A program made the position numbers and the translations under genes. A stretch of 64,000 nt of DNA, from NCBI GenBank assembly GCA_965209155.1, contig OZ242383.1, forward strand, positions 1,856,001 to 1,920,000, read 5' to 3'. The stretch's first letter is position 1. The number at the start of each line of letters is the position of its first letter. The DNA is from a bacterium (lineage in GTDB: Bacteria; SAR324; NAC60-12). Of this stretch, positions 52,047 through 62,382 are shown piece by piece. The notes beneath the pieces were generated by a model. The model did no database searches and had not been told where the DNA came from. It saw only the letters and a list, made by a program, of their open reading frames with translations.

Positions 52047-53015
52047 CTACCATTTGAAAGGGTTGATCAGTCGGGCGAGGAGGCCTCGTTTGCGTTTTGC
52101 AGCGGTGCCGTAATTTCCCTGACCACCCCGCATTCTTGGGTCGAGCAGGTCTCGTATGGCATCGCCGAACATGTTGAGCGCGTAGACGACAATCGTCAGG
52201 CAAAGACCCGGCCAGAGCGCCAGCCAGGGCGCCTGCTCCATGTACTTGCGCCCCTCTCCGCTGAGCATACTGCCCCAGCTGGGAATCTCGGGGGGCAGTC
52301 CGAATCCGAGGAAACTCAGCGAGGCCTCGGCAATGATGACCCCGCCGATGTTGATCGAGAAAACGATGATGAGCGGTGCCATGATATTGGGCAGGACATG
52401 ACGGATCAGGATTCGGCTGGTCGGGGTGCCCACGGCCCTGGCTGCCAGAAAATAGTCATTCTCTTTGACCCCGATCACCGCACCGCGGACCACCCGGGAG
52501 CCCACAATGCCGCCGGATATTCCCAATACCAGGATCAGTTGGAATAACCCCTGACCGACAATGGACATGATGGTCAACAAGAGCAGCAGACCCGGAAAGG
52601 CCATCCAGGCATCGACAAAACGCTGCACCGCCAGGTCCAATTTCCCCCCAATGAATCCTGAAGTGATGCCGATCAGAGTGGCGACAACCACGTTGAGCAG
52701 AGTCGCGGTCAGACCAACCAGCATGGAAACCCGCGCCCCAAAGATCAGGCGGCTCAATAAGTCCCGCCCCAACTGGTCAGCCCCCAGCAGAAACTGAGCG
52801 GATGGAGCTTTCAGGATGGCCGGCAGGTGTACCTTATCAAAAGGATAAGGCGCCAGCGTCTCGGCGAAAACTGCCACCAGAATAAAGAGCAAGACGATGA
52901 TTCCGCAAACCGTTCCCAAGGGCTTCTCCTGCCACAGCCTGATGAAAAAATCCGCCAACCTGCCCTGTCGTTTGGACTCACGAATAGGGGATGTTATCTC
53001 TATGGTGTCGCTCAT
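52047..53015 (-). CDS. DppC/OppC-like ABC permease
   Basis: LGADQLGRD, EASLSFLG and GDAIRDLLDPR. Confidence 0.92.
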   Translation of the reverse strand: MSDTIEITSPIRESKRQGRLADFFIRLWQEKPLGTVCGIIVLLFILVAVFAETLAPYPFDKVHLPAILKAPSAQFLLGADQLGRDLLSRLIFGARVSMLVGLTATLLNVVVATLIGITSGFIGGKLDLAVQRFVDAWMAFPGLLLLLTIMSIVGQGLFQLILVLGISGGIVGSRVVRGAVIGVKENDYFLAARAVGTPTSRILIRHVLPNIMAPLIIVFSINIGGVIIAEASLSFLGFGLPPEIPSWGSMLSGEGRKYMEQAPWLALWPGLCLTIVVYALNMFGDAIRDLLDPRMRGGQGNYGTAAKRKRGLLARLINPFKW

Positions 53016-53034
53016 GTTCTCGATTTCTCCATAG

Positions 53035-53357
53035 GTAGGGCCGGGTGACGTCCCGGCCTGAAAAACGCATCGCTCGTATTGGCCGGGACGTCACCCGGCC
53101 CTACCGTTTTTTGGCTATATTAGTCCTAACAATTCATACCTCATTGTTGTGTCGTCCCTCCGGGACTTTGAAGGAGATTGTCTTTTGTTCCCAGTGATAA
53201 ATCGCTGGTCTACTTTCGTCCCTCCGGGACTTCTTCTGACAGACGAATCTCAAACCTCCGGGACTTTGAAGGAGACTGTATTTTGTTCCCAGCGATGAAT
53301 CGCTGGGCTACTTCCTTTCGTCCCTCTGGGACTTCTTCTGACATACGAATCTCAAAC
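53035..53357. repeat. GTAG REP doublet plus tandemly duplicated CGTCCC/GGGACT cluster
   Basis: Same as 47434-47632 with one extra unit of about 100 bp. Confidence 0.85.
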
Positions 53358-53381
53358 CTATATTTACCGGAAGCACAATGA

Positions 53382-54338
53382 CTATTCATACCTTACTCTC
53401 GGATCCAAATATGCATAGAGCAGGTCGATGAGGAGATTGATCCCCACCACCGCGGTAGCGAAAAACATGTTAATGCCGGAAATGACCGGGTAATCCCGGT
53501 CAGTGAGAGCGGTGAGCATCAGCCGACCCAACCCCGGCAGGTTGAAGATGTTCTCCATGATCACTGCGCCCCCCACCAGGATCGGCAACTGCAGGCCGAT
53601 CAGGGAGACCACCGGGATGAGGGCATTTTTGATGGCATGCCGGATAACTACGATCCGCTCCCTGAGCCCCTTGGACCAGGCGGTGCGGATATAGTCCTGC
53701 CGGAGCACCTCCAGCATCATGGTGCGGGTCATGCGCATGGTGGCTGCAGCCATGGCCGTCCCCAGAATCAGGCTGGGGATCAAAAACACCTCCAGGTTCC
53801 CCAGCGGGTCTTCGCTGAAGGGAACCAGCCGCATCGGCGGCGCCCAGCCCCACCAGATGACCGGGTAGATCATCACCATAATGCCCAGCCAGAAGTTGGG
53901 CGTGGCCAGACCGATGATGGCGACCGAACGTCCCAGGTAGTCGGCAGCGGTATCCTGGCGAATCGCCGAGTAGATGCCGACCGGCAGGGCGATCACCAGC
54001 GCGATGAGGATGGCCAGGAAACCCAGCTCAATGGTGACCGGCAATCGTCCTATGATCTTCTCCTCGACCGTCCAGGCGCCCAACAGGGAAGTGCCCAGGG
54101 TGCCGTGTAGGAAAATACCCCGCAACCAGCGGCCATACTGCACGTAGACCGGCACATCCAGTCCCAGCTGACGCATCAGCGCTTCCCGGTCTATGCCCAC
54201 CATGGTATTTTGATCAGAGGCCAACATGGTGTCGATGACATCGCCCGGGATGAAGCGTACCGAGAGAAAGACGATGATGCTCAAAATAAACAGGGTGGGG
54301 ATGATCAGCAATATCCGCCGGATGACATAGGCTCTCAT
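53382..54338 (-). CDS. DppB/OppB-like ABC permease
   Basis: MRAYVIRR start with GGAG RBS; paralogue of 47681-48649. Confidence 0.92.
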   Translation of the reverse strand: MRAYVIRRILLIIPTLFILSIIVFLSVRFIPGDVIDTMLASDQNTMVGIDREALMRQLGLDVPVYVQYGRWLRGIFLHGTLGTSLLGAWTVEEKIIGRLPVTIELGFLAILIALVIALPVGIYSAIRQDTAADYLGRSVAIIGLATPNFWLGIMVMIYPVIWWGWAPPMRLVPFSEDPLGNLEVFLIPSLILGTAMAAATMRMTRTMMLEVLRQDYIRTAWSKGLRERIVVIRHAIKNALIPVVSLIGLQLPILVGGAVIMENIFNLPGLGRLMLTALTDRDYPVISGINMFFATAVVGINLLIDLLYAYLDPRVRYE

Positions 54339-54352
54339 ATGGTGCTCCTCCT

Positions 54353-54447
54353 TTCCCCTTTGAAAAAGGGGCCGTACGCGGAAGCGGGTCAGGGGGGATT
54401 TCAAAGGCTGTAAAATCCCCCTAAGTCCCCCTTTTTCAAGGGGGACT
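54353..54447. repeat. CCCCTTT..AAGGGG palindromic repeat cluster
   Basis: cccctttgaaaaagggg, gggggattt/aaatccccc and gtccccctttttcaagggggac. Confidence 0.7.
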
Positions 54448-54460
54448 TGTCTTTCAAGCT

Positions 54461-56248
54461 CTACTGCCCCATTTCTTGCTTCATCTTATTATCAAACCAG
54501 AGGCGGGAGAACAGGGCCACCCGGTCATCGCCTCCCAACATCGCCTCTCCGTTATACCCCTTGAGCCAGGGCTGGACCGCGTTGAACTTGGGGTCTGTGG
54601 GACCCCACACATACACGTGGTTCTCGATCATGTACATGTCCGCCAGGACAGCCAACCGCACCTGCTCTTCCTCGGTTGTGGCGTCTCGGGCGGCTTCATA
54701 CAGGCGGTCGTATTCCGGGTCGTTGAGGTTCGGAGGGTTCCATGCTGACTCCGAGTGACCCCAGGATATCGAGATGAGAGGAGAAAGATACTCGATGCCA
54801 GCAATCCAGGAGGCCATATCTCCGTACGAATGTTCGCGTACATGAGCCATGTGTACACTTCGTTCCGCTACGGTAATCTCCACGTCAACGCCGATCTCCT
54901 TCCAGTAGGCGGCAGCTAATTGCGTATAGTCGAGGTCGAAGACCTGGTAGTGTTCCAGCGCGACCTCGAATCTCATGCCGTCGGCGCCGCGCGGATATCC
55001 AGCCGCGTCGAGCAACGCTTCGGCCCCTTCGGGATCATACATATAGGTTTTCCTGACCTCTTCGGGCCACTCTTCAAAGGGCGTCCCCCCGACGGCAGGG
55101 CCCACCAAGCCCATGGGTACCCACTTGGATACTCCCTTGAAGTAGGTCTTGTTCATCGTCTCGAGATCCAGTGCCATCTGCATGGCCTGGCGCACCCTGA
55201 GGTCTTTGGTGAGTGGATTGTCCGCGCCCATGTTGAAAGCGAAAGTATTTTCCGAGCGAAGCCCATACGGATAGAATGCCATGTCGGGGTTGGTCCGCTC
55301 GAGACTCTCTTTTTGGGCGGTATAGATCATTTCGGCGGCGCCAGTCAAACCGACGTAATCCAACTGACCCGAGCGCAGCGCCGCCACAATAGTGGCGTCT
55401 TCTTTCATGATCAGACCATTCAACCCGTCGAAATAGGGCAGGCGGTTCTGCGGGAATTTCTCGTCGGTGCCCCAGTAGTCCGGATTCTTGACCCAGGTCT
55501 GCGAGCTGCCGTCCACCCAGTCCGTCATCATAAAGGGCCCGGTGCCAACCAGGTTCCGCCAATCCTTCACGTCGCCGTGTTGCTTGATGACCTCGGGGGG
55601 CATGATATGGACCGCCCAGTCGGTGAGAATCGACGACAGCGCCCCGACGCTTGGTTGTGTTAGTTTCATTACAACCGTGTATTTGTCGGTGGCTGTTATC
55701 GATGCGAAGGGCAGCGTGGCGATTGTGCCGGAATAGCCTCCAGGAGGTTCGGTGAATCCGCTGCCACTTCCTGTCATCCGGTGAAAGTTATAGACGACAT
55801 CATCGGCGGTTAATTCTCTCCCATTCATGGGCGCTTTATCATGCCAGTGAACCCCCTGGCGGATGTTGAAGACCATCGTGGTGGCGTCCGGCGTTTCCCA
55901 GCTTTCCGCCAGACGTCCTGTCAGGATAGACACTGGCAAGTAGAAGGACGCACTGGTGAGGTCATTCACGCTCCTGTCGATTCCCCAATTGACTATGCCC
56001 AGCTTCTCGGTGACGCCATCGGGCCCCCGCGACGCCCCACTACCGAACAGGGGATCAGCACTCGGCGGTTCCAGCTTGACGGCGAAGGTTAAGGTCCCGC
56101 CATACTCCGGCGCGGTTACCATCATTCCGGTGGTGGGATCTGTGACCATGTGTGAGTCGGCAAAGGCTGAGCCGACCCAGAAGGCGGTCACCATCAGGGT
56201 GAGAGTTAACAACAATGATTGGATTGTTCTGGTTTTGCTTTTTTTCAT
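54461..56248 (-). CDS. Family-5 ABC substrate-binding protein
   Basis: Paralogue of 48655-50457; ORF open upstream to 56377. Confidence 0.92.
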   Translation of the reverse strand: MKKSKTRTIQSLLLTLTLMVTAFWVGSAFADSHMVTDPTTGMMVTAPEYGGTLTFAVKLEPPSADPLFGSGASRGPDGVTEKLGIVNWGIDRSVNDLTSASFYLPVSILTGRLAESWETPDATTMVFNIRQGVHWHDKAPMNGRELTADDVVYNFHRMTGSGSGFTEPPGGYSGTIATLPFASITATDKYTVVMKLTQPSVGALSSILTDWAVHIMPPEVIKQHGDVKDWRNLVGTGPFMMTDWVDGSSQTWVKNPDYWGTDEKFPQNRLPYFDGLNGLIMKEDATIVAALRSGQLDYVGLTGAAEMIYTAQKESLERTNPDMAFYPYGLRSENTFAFNMGADNPLTKDLRVRQAMQMALDLETMNKTYFKGVSKWVPMGLVGPAVGGTPFEEWPEEVRKTYMYDPEGAEALLDAAGYPRGADGMRFEVALEHYQVFDLDYTQLAAAYWKEIGVDVEITVAERSVHMAHVREHSYGDMASWIAGIEYLSPLISISWGHSESAWNPPNLNDPEYDRLYEAARDATTEEEQVRLAVLADMYMIENHVYVWGPTDPKFNAVQPWLKGYNGEAMLGGDDRVALFSRLWFDNKMKQEMGQ

Positions 56249-56505
56249 GATTCCTCCTATACATGAGGTGAAATTAGAAGATTCGCCATACCATTGAGCG
56301 AATCGGATTTTCGCAGCAGACACAACGTCTACTACAGTCAGCCCAACGAAGCGGGCCAGAAATCTCTTAAAATACATTGTAACCTCGCTTGCTTAAGATA
56401 ATGAAAAACGTGCGTTCATCCGCACTAATGAGGAAAAAGATTCCCGGGAAAGAGGAATTGCTTTCACAATTCCTGATTCACTTCCTCTCTTCCCCAAACA
56501 ATCCA

Positions 56506-56534
56506 AAGGTATGATAAGCGCAACATTATGTCAA
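56506..56534 (-). promoter_or_regulatory. Sigma70-type promoter candidate for the ABC operon
   Basis: TTGACA-N17-TACCTT on the minus strand. Confidence 0.5.
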
Positions 56535-56802
56535 GCATTTTTTTGAATTTTTTTGATTTGAAATGCAAGCTATTGATATTATTGTAATTTGTAAAACTGT
56601 AGCGCATTCTTATTACCTCTTTTTTCTGACGAATTTCAGGATAGGCGCTGCAATGCTTTATTGATTTTCACCTCATTGCGATAGACAATGCTTCATTCGA
56701 TATTGTCTTTCAGGAAAGAGCAAAGTAATATGCTTGCATTCATACCGTCCTTCACAATCGTTTTTAGTGATCAGCGAAAAACTAAAAAATTAAAGGAATC
56801 CT

Positions 56803-58527
56803 ATGAGTCATGACCTCGTTATCAGGAACGGTACCGTTGTGGACGGTACCGGAGCAGAACCCATTCTAGCGGATGTCGCCATTAAGGGAGACCAGATCGT
56901 TGAGATCGGCAAAGTCAGTGGCAAAGGCAAACAGGAAATTCAAGCCGAGGGCTTCATGGTCTCGCCAGGTTTTATCGATTTACACACGCACCTCGACGCC
57001 CAGATCGGCTGGGATCCTCAAGTCACTTCAGTGAGCTGGCACGGCGTCACCACGGCGCTGCTCGGCAACTGCGGGGTCTCCTTTGCTCCATGCAAGGTCT
57101 CTGACCGTGAATTTCTGGCGGGGATGATGGAATCGGTTGAAGACATCCCCAAGCAAGCGATCCTGCATGGACTGCCCTGGAGTTGGCAGTCTTACGGCGG
57201 TTACCTGGACGCCCTCGAAGTGCTGAGACCATCGATCAACATTTGTGGGTTGGTGGGGCATTGCGCGATCCGTTTTTATGTCATGGGAGAGCGATCGGTC
57301 GAAGAGTTGGCAACCGATGAGGAGATCCGTCAGATTGCCGAGTTAGCAGGTCAGTCCGTGAAAGAAGGCGCCGTCGGTTTCTCAACCAATCGTTTCCCCC
57401 CACACCGCTTGCCTGATGGCCGTTCCATCCCAGGGACGTTTGCCGATCGTGCTGAGTTACGCGCCGTTGCGAAGGAAGTGGGAGTTCAGGGAGGCATCAT
57501 GCAAACCGTCTCACACTTAAGAAATATTAACGGCTTTGGCGAAAGCAACTTCGATGCGGAAATGGATCTCTTCGCTGATGAAGCCCGCATGACACGAGGG
57601 GTCTTATTCAGTTCCGTAATCGACCAGGGTTTTGAGCGTCTGAATGAGCGTGTGATGGCAATGCGCGCCGAAGGCCTCAATATCAACTCCGTGACGCCGG
57701 CTCGCAGCGTCAGCGGTGTGGGCGGCCTCTCCACCCATAACTTCTATCGGATATCCTTCGAAAACCCGAATGTTCTGCCTCCCGCATGGCAGGAACTTCG
57801 CAAACTCGATTTGGAGGGACGGGTGCAAGCCATTCGCAACCCTGAAACCCGAAAACGCCTGGTAGAAGAAGGGAAAGCCCAGGAAAGCGAATATATCGAA
57901 TGGATGAAGTGGTGCTTCTATATGGGTGATGCGGCCCGGCCCTGCTACACACAGGACCTCTCGCAAAACCTGGTTGCCTTAGCGAAAGCAGTGGGTGAAC
58001 ACCCGCTGGAAACCTGGCTGCGTATCAGCGACCGGACGAATGGGAAAGCCCTCTTCCATTTTCGTTTTGCCAACCAAGACCTCGATGCCCTTCCCGCTTT
58101 GATCACTACGGAGTGGGCCATGCCTGGTCTTGGTGATGCCGGTGCCCATGTCAGCCAGATGATGGACTCCGGTTGGGCCACCTTCATCCTTTCACACTGG
58201 CACCGGGACAAGGGGATTTACTCAATTCAAGAAGCGGTACGGCGCATCAGCGCTATGCCAGCCAACGTGTTGGGTCTCGAGGACCGTGGCACCTTGGCTG
58301 TGGGTAAACGCGCCGACCTCAATGTATTCGATATCGACCGGCTCGAAGAACGCATGCCGGAAATCGTGCATGACTTCCCCTTCGGCGCGCCGCGGTTCAT
58401 TCAGCATGCAGTCGGGTACAAAGCAACCGTCTGCAACGGCCAGGTGGTCCTGCAAGATGATGAATTGACCGGTGAGCGTCCCGGACGTATCCTGCGGCGT
58501 GGGGCTTCCTCTTCCCTTTCTTTTTGA
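56803..58527 (+). CDS. N-acyl-D-amino-acid deacylase-family amidohydrolase
   Basis: PGFIDLHTHLD, GNCG, DAGAH and RADLNVFD. Confidence 0.88.
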   Translation: MSHDLVIRNGTVVDGTGAEPILADVAIKGDQIVEIGKVSGKGKQEIQAEGFMVSPGFIDLHTHLDAQIGWDPQVTSVSWHGVTTALLGNCGVSFAPCKVSDREFLAGMMESVEDIPKQAILHGLPWSWQSYGGYLDALEVLRPSINICGLVGHCAIRFYVMGERSVEELATDEEIRQIAELAGQSVKEGAVGFSTNRFPPHRLPDGRSIPGTFADRAELRAVAKEVGVQGGIMQTVSHLRNINGFGESNFDAEMDLFADEARMTRGVLFSSVIDQGFERLNERVMAMRAEGLNINSVTPARSVSGVGGLSTHNFYRISFENPNVLPPAWQELRKLDLEGRVQAIRNPETRKRLVEEGKAQESEYIEWMKWCFYMGDAARPCYTQDLSQNLVALAKAVGEHPLETWLRISDRTNGKALFHFRFANQDLDALPALITTEWAMPGLGDAGAHVSQMMDSGWATFILSHWHRDKGIYSIQEAVRRISAMPANVLGLEDRGTLAVGKRADLNVFDIDRLEERMPEIVHDFPFGAPRFIQHAVGYKATVCNGQVVLQDDELTGERPGRILRRGASSSLSF

Positions 58528-58694
58528 CCCCCTTTTTCCGACCCGTTTCCAGATAAGTGGTGCGACGTTTTCTGGCTTTGGGCAGGAGCGCGGAGTCTGG
58601 GAGGGGACCAAATGTAGCCGAGGATGGAGGGCAAACAGCACGAAAAAAAGATAAATGAAAAGGGACTCACTGACATTGAGAGGAGACAAGACCT

Positions 58695-60404
58695 ATGAAA
58701 GATCAGCACGACTGGCGCTCGAGGGCCGGCACGTTATTCAAGCTGGAAAAGCAATCAGCAACCGGTTCACGCGGCGTCGTGGCTGCAAACAACCCGATCG
58801 GATCGGCGGCAGGGGTTGAGATGCTGGCCATTGGTGGCAACGCATTGGACGCCGCGATAGCCACACTGTTCACCCTAAACGTGGTCGAACCACAGATGGT
58901 CGGTGCCCTGGGGGCGGGATGGATGAACATTCGCCTTGCGGATGGAACAGCGATCATTATAGACAATTACTCGACGGCACCCGCTGCCGCAACACCCCAG
59001 ATGTACAGACCCATCTTCGATACCTGGCCTGATTACATGCGGACAGAGGGGAGTGAAAACACAATCGGCTACCTTTCGGTGGGGGTTCCTGGGGCGTTGA
59101 AGGGTTGGGCCGAGGTTGTCGAGAACTGGGGAAGGCTGGACTGGGAAACTGTCATGCAGCCGGCAATCCGGTACGCGGAACGAGGCTTTCGAGTCAGCGA
59201 GTACTTGAGGACAGCCATTATAGATCAACGGGATGAACTGGCACGGTTCCCCGAGACAGCGCGGACGTTTCTGCCCAACGGTGAACCTCCTGCAAGGGGT
59301 GATCTGATTGTCCAGTCCGACCTTGCCGAGTCGTTGCGAACAATTGCGAAAGAAGGGCCGGATGTTCTTTACGGTGGCGCATTGGGACAAGTGATTGTTG
59401 ATGATGTTCAGAAGAACGGTGGCCTTCTCACTATGGCGGACCTGCGAGCGTACCGCACCATTCGTCGCAAGCCGATCATCTCAACATACCGCGAATATGA
59501 GTTGACCGTGCCATCACCGCCATGTTCGGGCGGTGTGCATATCCTGCAGATTCTCCACTTCCTCGAAGACCTCGATGTTGCCTCGTTCGGTTTCGGAACA
59601 GCCGATTCGATTCATCTGCTTGCCGAGTGTTTCAAAATCGCTTTTGCCGACCGTACAGTCTACTTGGGCGACCCCGCTCAGATGGACGTCCCTATCGAGT
59701 GGCTGATTTCGGCTGAATACGCGGCGCAGAGACAAGCTGACATCAACATGGAGAGGGCGTCTTATCCTGACCCTGGCAGCCCCCCATCGTCAGAGTCTGC
59801 GTCTACGACACACCTCACGGCAGCCGACGCCGATGGCAACATCGCAGCACTAACGCAAACAATCAACGAGGGATTTGGATCAAGGGTCATCGTGCCGGGG
59901 ACCGGGCTCTTCCTGAACAACACAATGGCATTGTTCGATCCACATCCTGGTCATCCAAACTCAGTTGCATCCGGCCGGCGAATGGTGAGCAGCAATTCGC
60001 CGACAATCATTTCAAAGAATGGTCGGCCCTTGATGGCACTCGGCACGCCAGGAGGTGTACGTATCTTCCCCAGCGTTGCCCAGGCTATCGTCAACGTGAT
60101 AGATCACCGCATGACGCTACAGGAAGCGGTCGAGGCACCGCGAGTTTGGACACAGGGGCAAGCACTCGAGGTGGAATCAGCCGTGCCGGAAAAGGTTCGG
60201 AATGGGCTCTCTGCGCGCGGGCATGACCTCCTCGAGGTGAAGTCCGTCGCCGGTGGGATGAATGGCGTGATATTCGACCACGATACAGGGATGATTACCG
60301 GCGCTGCCTGCTGGCGTGCTGATGGCGCTCCTATTGCTATCAGCGGTGGCCCGGCGCGACCGGGCGTGCAGTTCAGACCAACGGTGAGCCGCGATGACAG
60401 ATGA
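58695..60404 (+). CDS. ggt: Gamma-glutamyltransferase family protein (no obvious signal peptide)
   Basis: GGNALDAA, STTH nucleophile, LNNTM and GTPGG. Confidence 0.88.
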   Translation: MKDQHDWRSRAGTLFKLEKQSATGSRGVVAANNPIGSAAGVEMLAIGGNALDAAIATLFTLNVVEPQMVGALGAGWMNIRLADGTAIIIDNYSTAPAAATPQMYRPIFDTWPDYMRTEGSENTIGYLSVGVPGALKGWAEVVENWGRLDWETVMQPAIRYAERGFRVSEYLRTAIIDQRDELARFPETARTFLPNGEPPARGDLIVQSDLAESLRTIAKEGPDVLYGGALGQVIVDDVQKNGGLLTMADLRAYRTIRRKPIISTYREYELTVPSPPCSGGVHILQILHFLEDLDVASFGFGTADSIHLLAECFKIAFADRTVYLGDPAQMDVPIEWLISAEYAAQRQADINMERASYPDPGSPPSSESASTTHLTAADADGNIAALTQTINEGFGSRVIVPGTGLFLNNTMALFDPHPGHPNSVASGRRMVSSNSPTIISKNGRPLMALGTPGGVRIFPSVAQAIVNVIDHRMTLQEAVEAPRVWTQGQALEVESAVPEKVRNGLSARGHDLLEVKSVAGGMNGVIFDHDTGMITGAACWRADGAPIAISGGPARPGVQFRPTVSRDDR

Positions 60405-60478
60405 GTTTCCCCAAAATCTTCGTTTCTTGAAAATAGGTGAATACTATCCCCCTTTGCCCCTTAGTCCCTTTATATGAC

Positions 60479-60635
60479 TTATTCATACCGGATCCTGGGG
60501 TCCAGATAGGCATACACCAGGTCGATGAGGAGATTGATCCCTACCACCACAGTGGCGAAAAACATGTTGATGCCGGAGATGACCGGGTAGTCCTGGTCAG
60601 AGAGGGCGGTGAGCATCAGACGACCCAACCCCGGC
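60479..60635 (-). pseudogene. 3' fragment of a dppB-like permease
   Basis: PGLGRLMLTALSDQDYP...LDPRIRYE*. Confidence 0.8.
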
Positions 60636-60647
60636 TTGGAGACGAAA

Positions 60648-60938
60648 ATGACTCTTTTCCCATGGACTGAATCAGATACGGCAAAAGCCGAACAGATTAG
60701 GTTGGAGTATCAAAAACAGCACGATCTTTCGACGAGCATTGGGAAGACAGCTGGAATTGACCCAAACACGGGTTGTGTTTGGATAGGCGGGTCGATTCAG
60801 GATGTTCTCACACAACGAGACGCAGACAAAATTGAATCCTTATTGTTCTTCGAACGCGTCGGTTCAAAAATTGAGTTGGAATATGCTATTGCGCTTGTGG
60901 CTTCTGAAGATATTGTCTTGGCACCGGAACCGGCATGA
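60648..60938 (+). pseudogene. Chimera: truncated copy of the 51074 ORF fused to a DUF433-like C-terminus
   Basis: Near-identical to 51074-51296, then LEYAIALVASEDI. Confidence 0.65.
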
Positions 60939-61075
60939 AATTTTTGCTCGACCAAGATGTTTACGTCAGGACCTTAGGCTTGCTGAAGGAGTTAGGGCAC
61001 GATATCATTCCAGTAGCGCAAATTGGACTTGCTCAAGCAAGTGATGAAGAGTTACTCAAGCGAGCTCAGCAGGAG
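60935..61075 (+). pseudogene. DUF5615 PIN-like toxin, N-terminal fragment
   Basis: MKFLLDQDV...LGHD...ASDEELLKRAQQE, then unrelated sequence. Confidence 0.7.
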
Positions 61076-61262
61076 AATGGAAATAAACCGAAGCGAGGAA
61101 AATGGACCATTTTGATTTTGAAAAAGAACCAAGTGGTCCTGTTCAAGGTCGGATCGTGGATGGCCTCGATATCCCCCTTTCAAAAGCACTATTCTCAAGT
61201 ATTAGAGCGAAATGTCAACAGAGCCTAATAGACCTACTCTACCATTCAAAAAATGAGGAAAA

Positions 61263-61508
61263 ATGGCGACGCTCCGTTTGCAAAAGCAGTATATTACCGA
61301 TGAAGAAGGAAAAAAAATTGGAGTCATTTTACCTATTGAGGAACTCCATCGATTGGAGAAAGCTACCCAAGAGAAAGAACAAGAAGCGGCTCAAAATTTA
61401 GCCCAGATGGAAAAAGCAGCAAATGACCCCCTGTTCCTGGCGGACCTCCAAGAAACCATGGAAGATTTTACCATTGTCGATTCTGAATGGTGGGAGCCAA
61501 AAGCATGA
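61263..61508 (+). CDS. Putative antitoxin upstream of mazF
   Basis: QYITDEEGKKIGVILP...AANDPLFLADL; ATGA overlap. Confidence 0.65.
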   Translation: MATLRLQKQYITDEEGKKIGVILPIEELHRLEKATQEKEQEAAQNLAQMEKAANDPLFLADLQETMEDFTIVDSEWWEPKA

Positions 61509-61639
61509 GCTACCAATGGCAAATTTTCATTGCCTCTCTGGACCCCATCCAAGGGTCGGAACAATCAGGGAAAAGACCCGTTCTCGTTATCAGCCAAGAA
61601 CAACTCAATCAATTATTGCCGGTTGTCAATGTTATTCCT
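61505..61639 (+). pseudogene. MazF/PemK toxin, N-terminal half
   Basis: LDPIQGSEQSGKRPVLVIS...VNVIP. Confidence 0.82.
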
Positions 61640-61759
61640 TCTCTCGAGGTTTCTTTAATGACAGAATCTTTGGGAAAAGGACTCTAAGAGTAGTATGGTT
61701 GATCTGATCGATTATTAAAACCGGCCTTTATAATTGAATTTTGGTATCCTGTCTGGTAG

Positions 61760-62101
61760 TTGAGGATACATGATGTACTGGTGTGGAACATCTTTGAAAG
61801 GGCAAGTCATTTTTTAAAAATTGCAGGTAAAGATGGAAAAGAGTTCGATCTGCCGGATGGGGTTTGGCATCTTATTCGGCAAAACCATCCTGAAGTTAAG
61901 TTGAATCATTTAAAACAAACCCTCCGTGACCCTGATGTGATTGTCCGGAGCAACTGGGATGAAGCCAGTCAGTTGTATTATAAAAAGATCGGACAATATT
62001 ACAAATCGGTGGTCGTTGAAAGTGAAGAAAAACGGGTTAAAACCACTTTAATCACAAACAAAGTGAAAACAGGAGAAACATTATGGAAAAAAACGCCATG
62101 A
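61760..62101 (+). CDS. Putative RelE-like/BECR-fold toxin
   Basis: WHLIRQNHPE...LRDPDVIVRS...VKTTL; precedes a DUF2283 gene; start uncertain. Confidence 0.5.
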   Translation: MRIHDVLVWNIFERASHFLKIAGKDGKEFDLPDGVWHLIRQNHPEVKLNHLKQTLRDPDVIVRSNWDEASQLYYKKIGQYYKSVVVESEEKRVKTTLITNKVKTGETLWKKTP

Positions 62102-62322
62102 CATTGTCCTATGATCCTGACGCGGATGTACTTTATATGAGTTTTGGGGCACCCCAATTTGGACTGGATGAAGAGGGAGAAGCAGGGATTTTTATTCGGC
62201 GCCATCCCGAACATAAACGCATTATTGGAGCCACGGTGATGGATTTTCAAAAACGTTTTTCCAAAAAGTTGGAAGAAGTCTTGCCTATTACTCTTGAAGA
62301 TATTGATCAAATACCTGCTTGA
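62083..62322 (+). CDS. DUF2283 protein (putative antitoxin)
   Basis: YDPDADVLYMSF...IIGATV. Confidence 0.8.
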   Translation: MEKNAMTLSYDPDADVLYMSFGAPQFGLDEEGEAGIFIRRHPEHKRIIGATVMDFQKRFSKKLEEVLPITLEDIDQIPA

Positions 62323-62382
62323 GTTCTCCCTCCCATGATGCGGAGAGGAGGGTATCGCACGTGGAATGGCGCTTTTGTGCGC

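Noticed and set aside
53035..53357. Possible CRISPR array
   Set aside because: Palindromic REP-like units with repeated rather than unique spacers; no cas genes seen in the window
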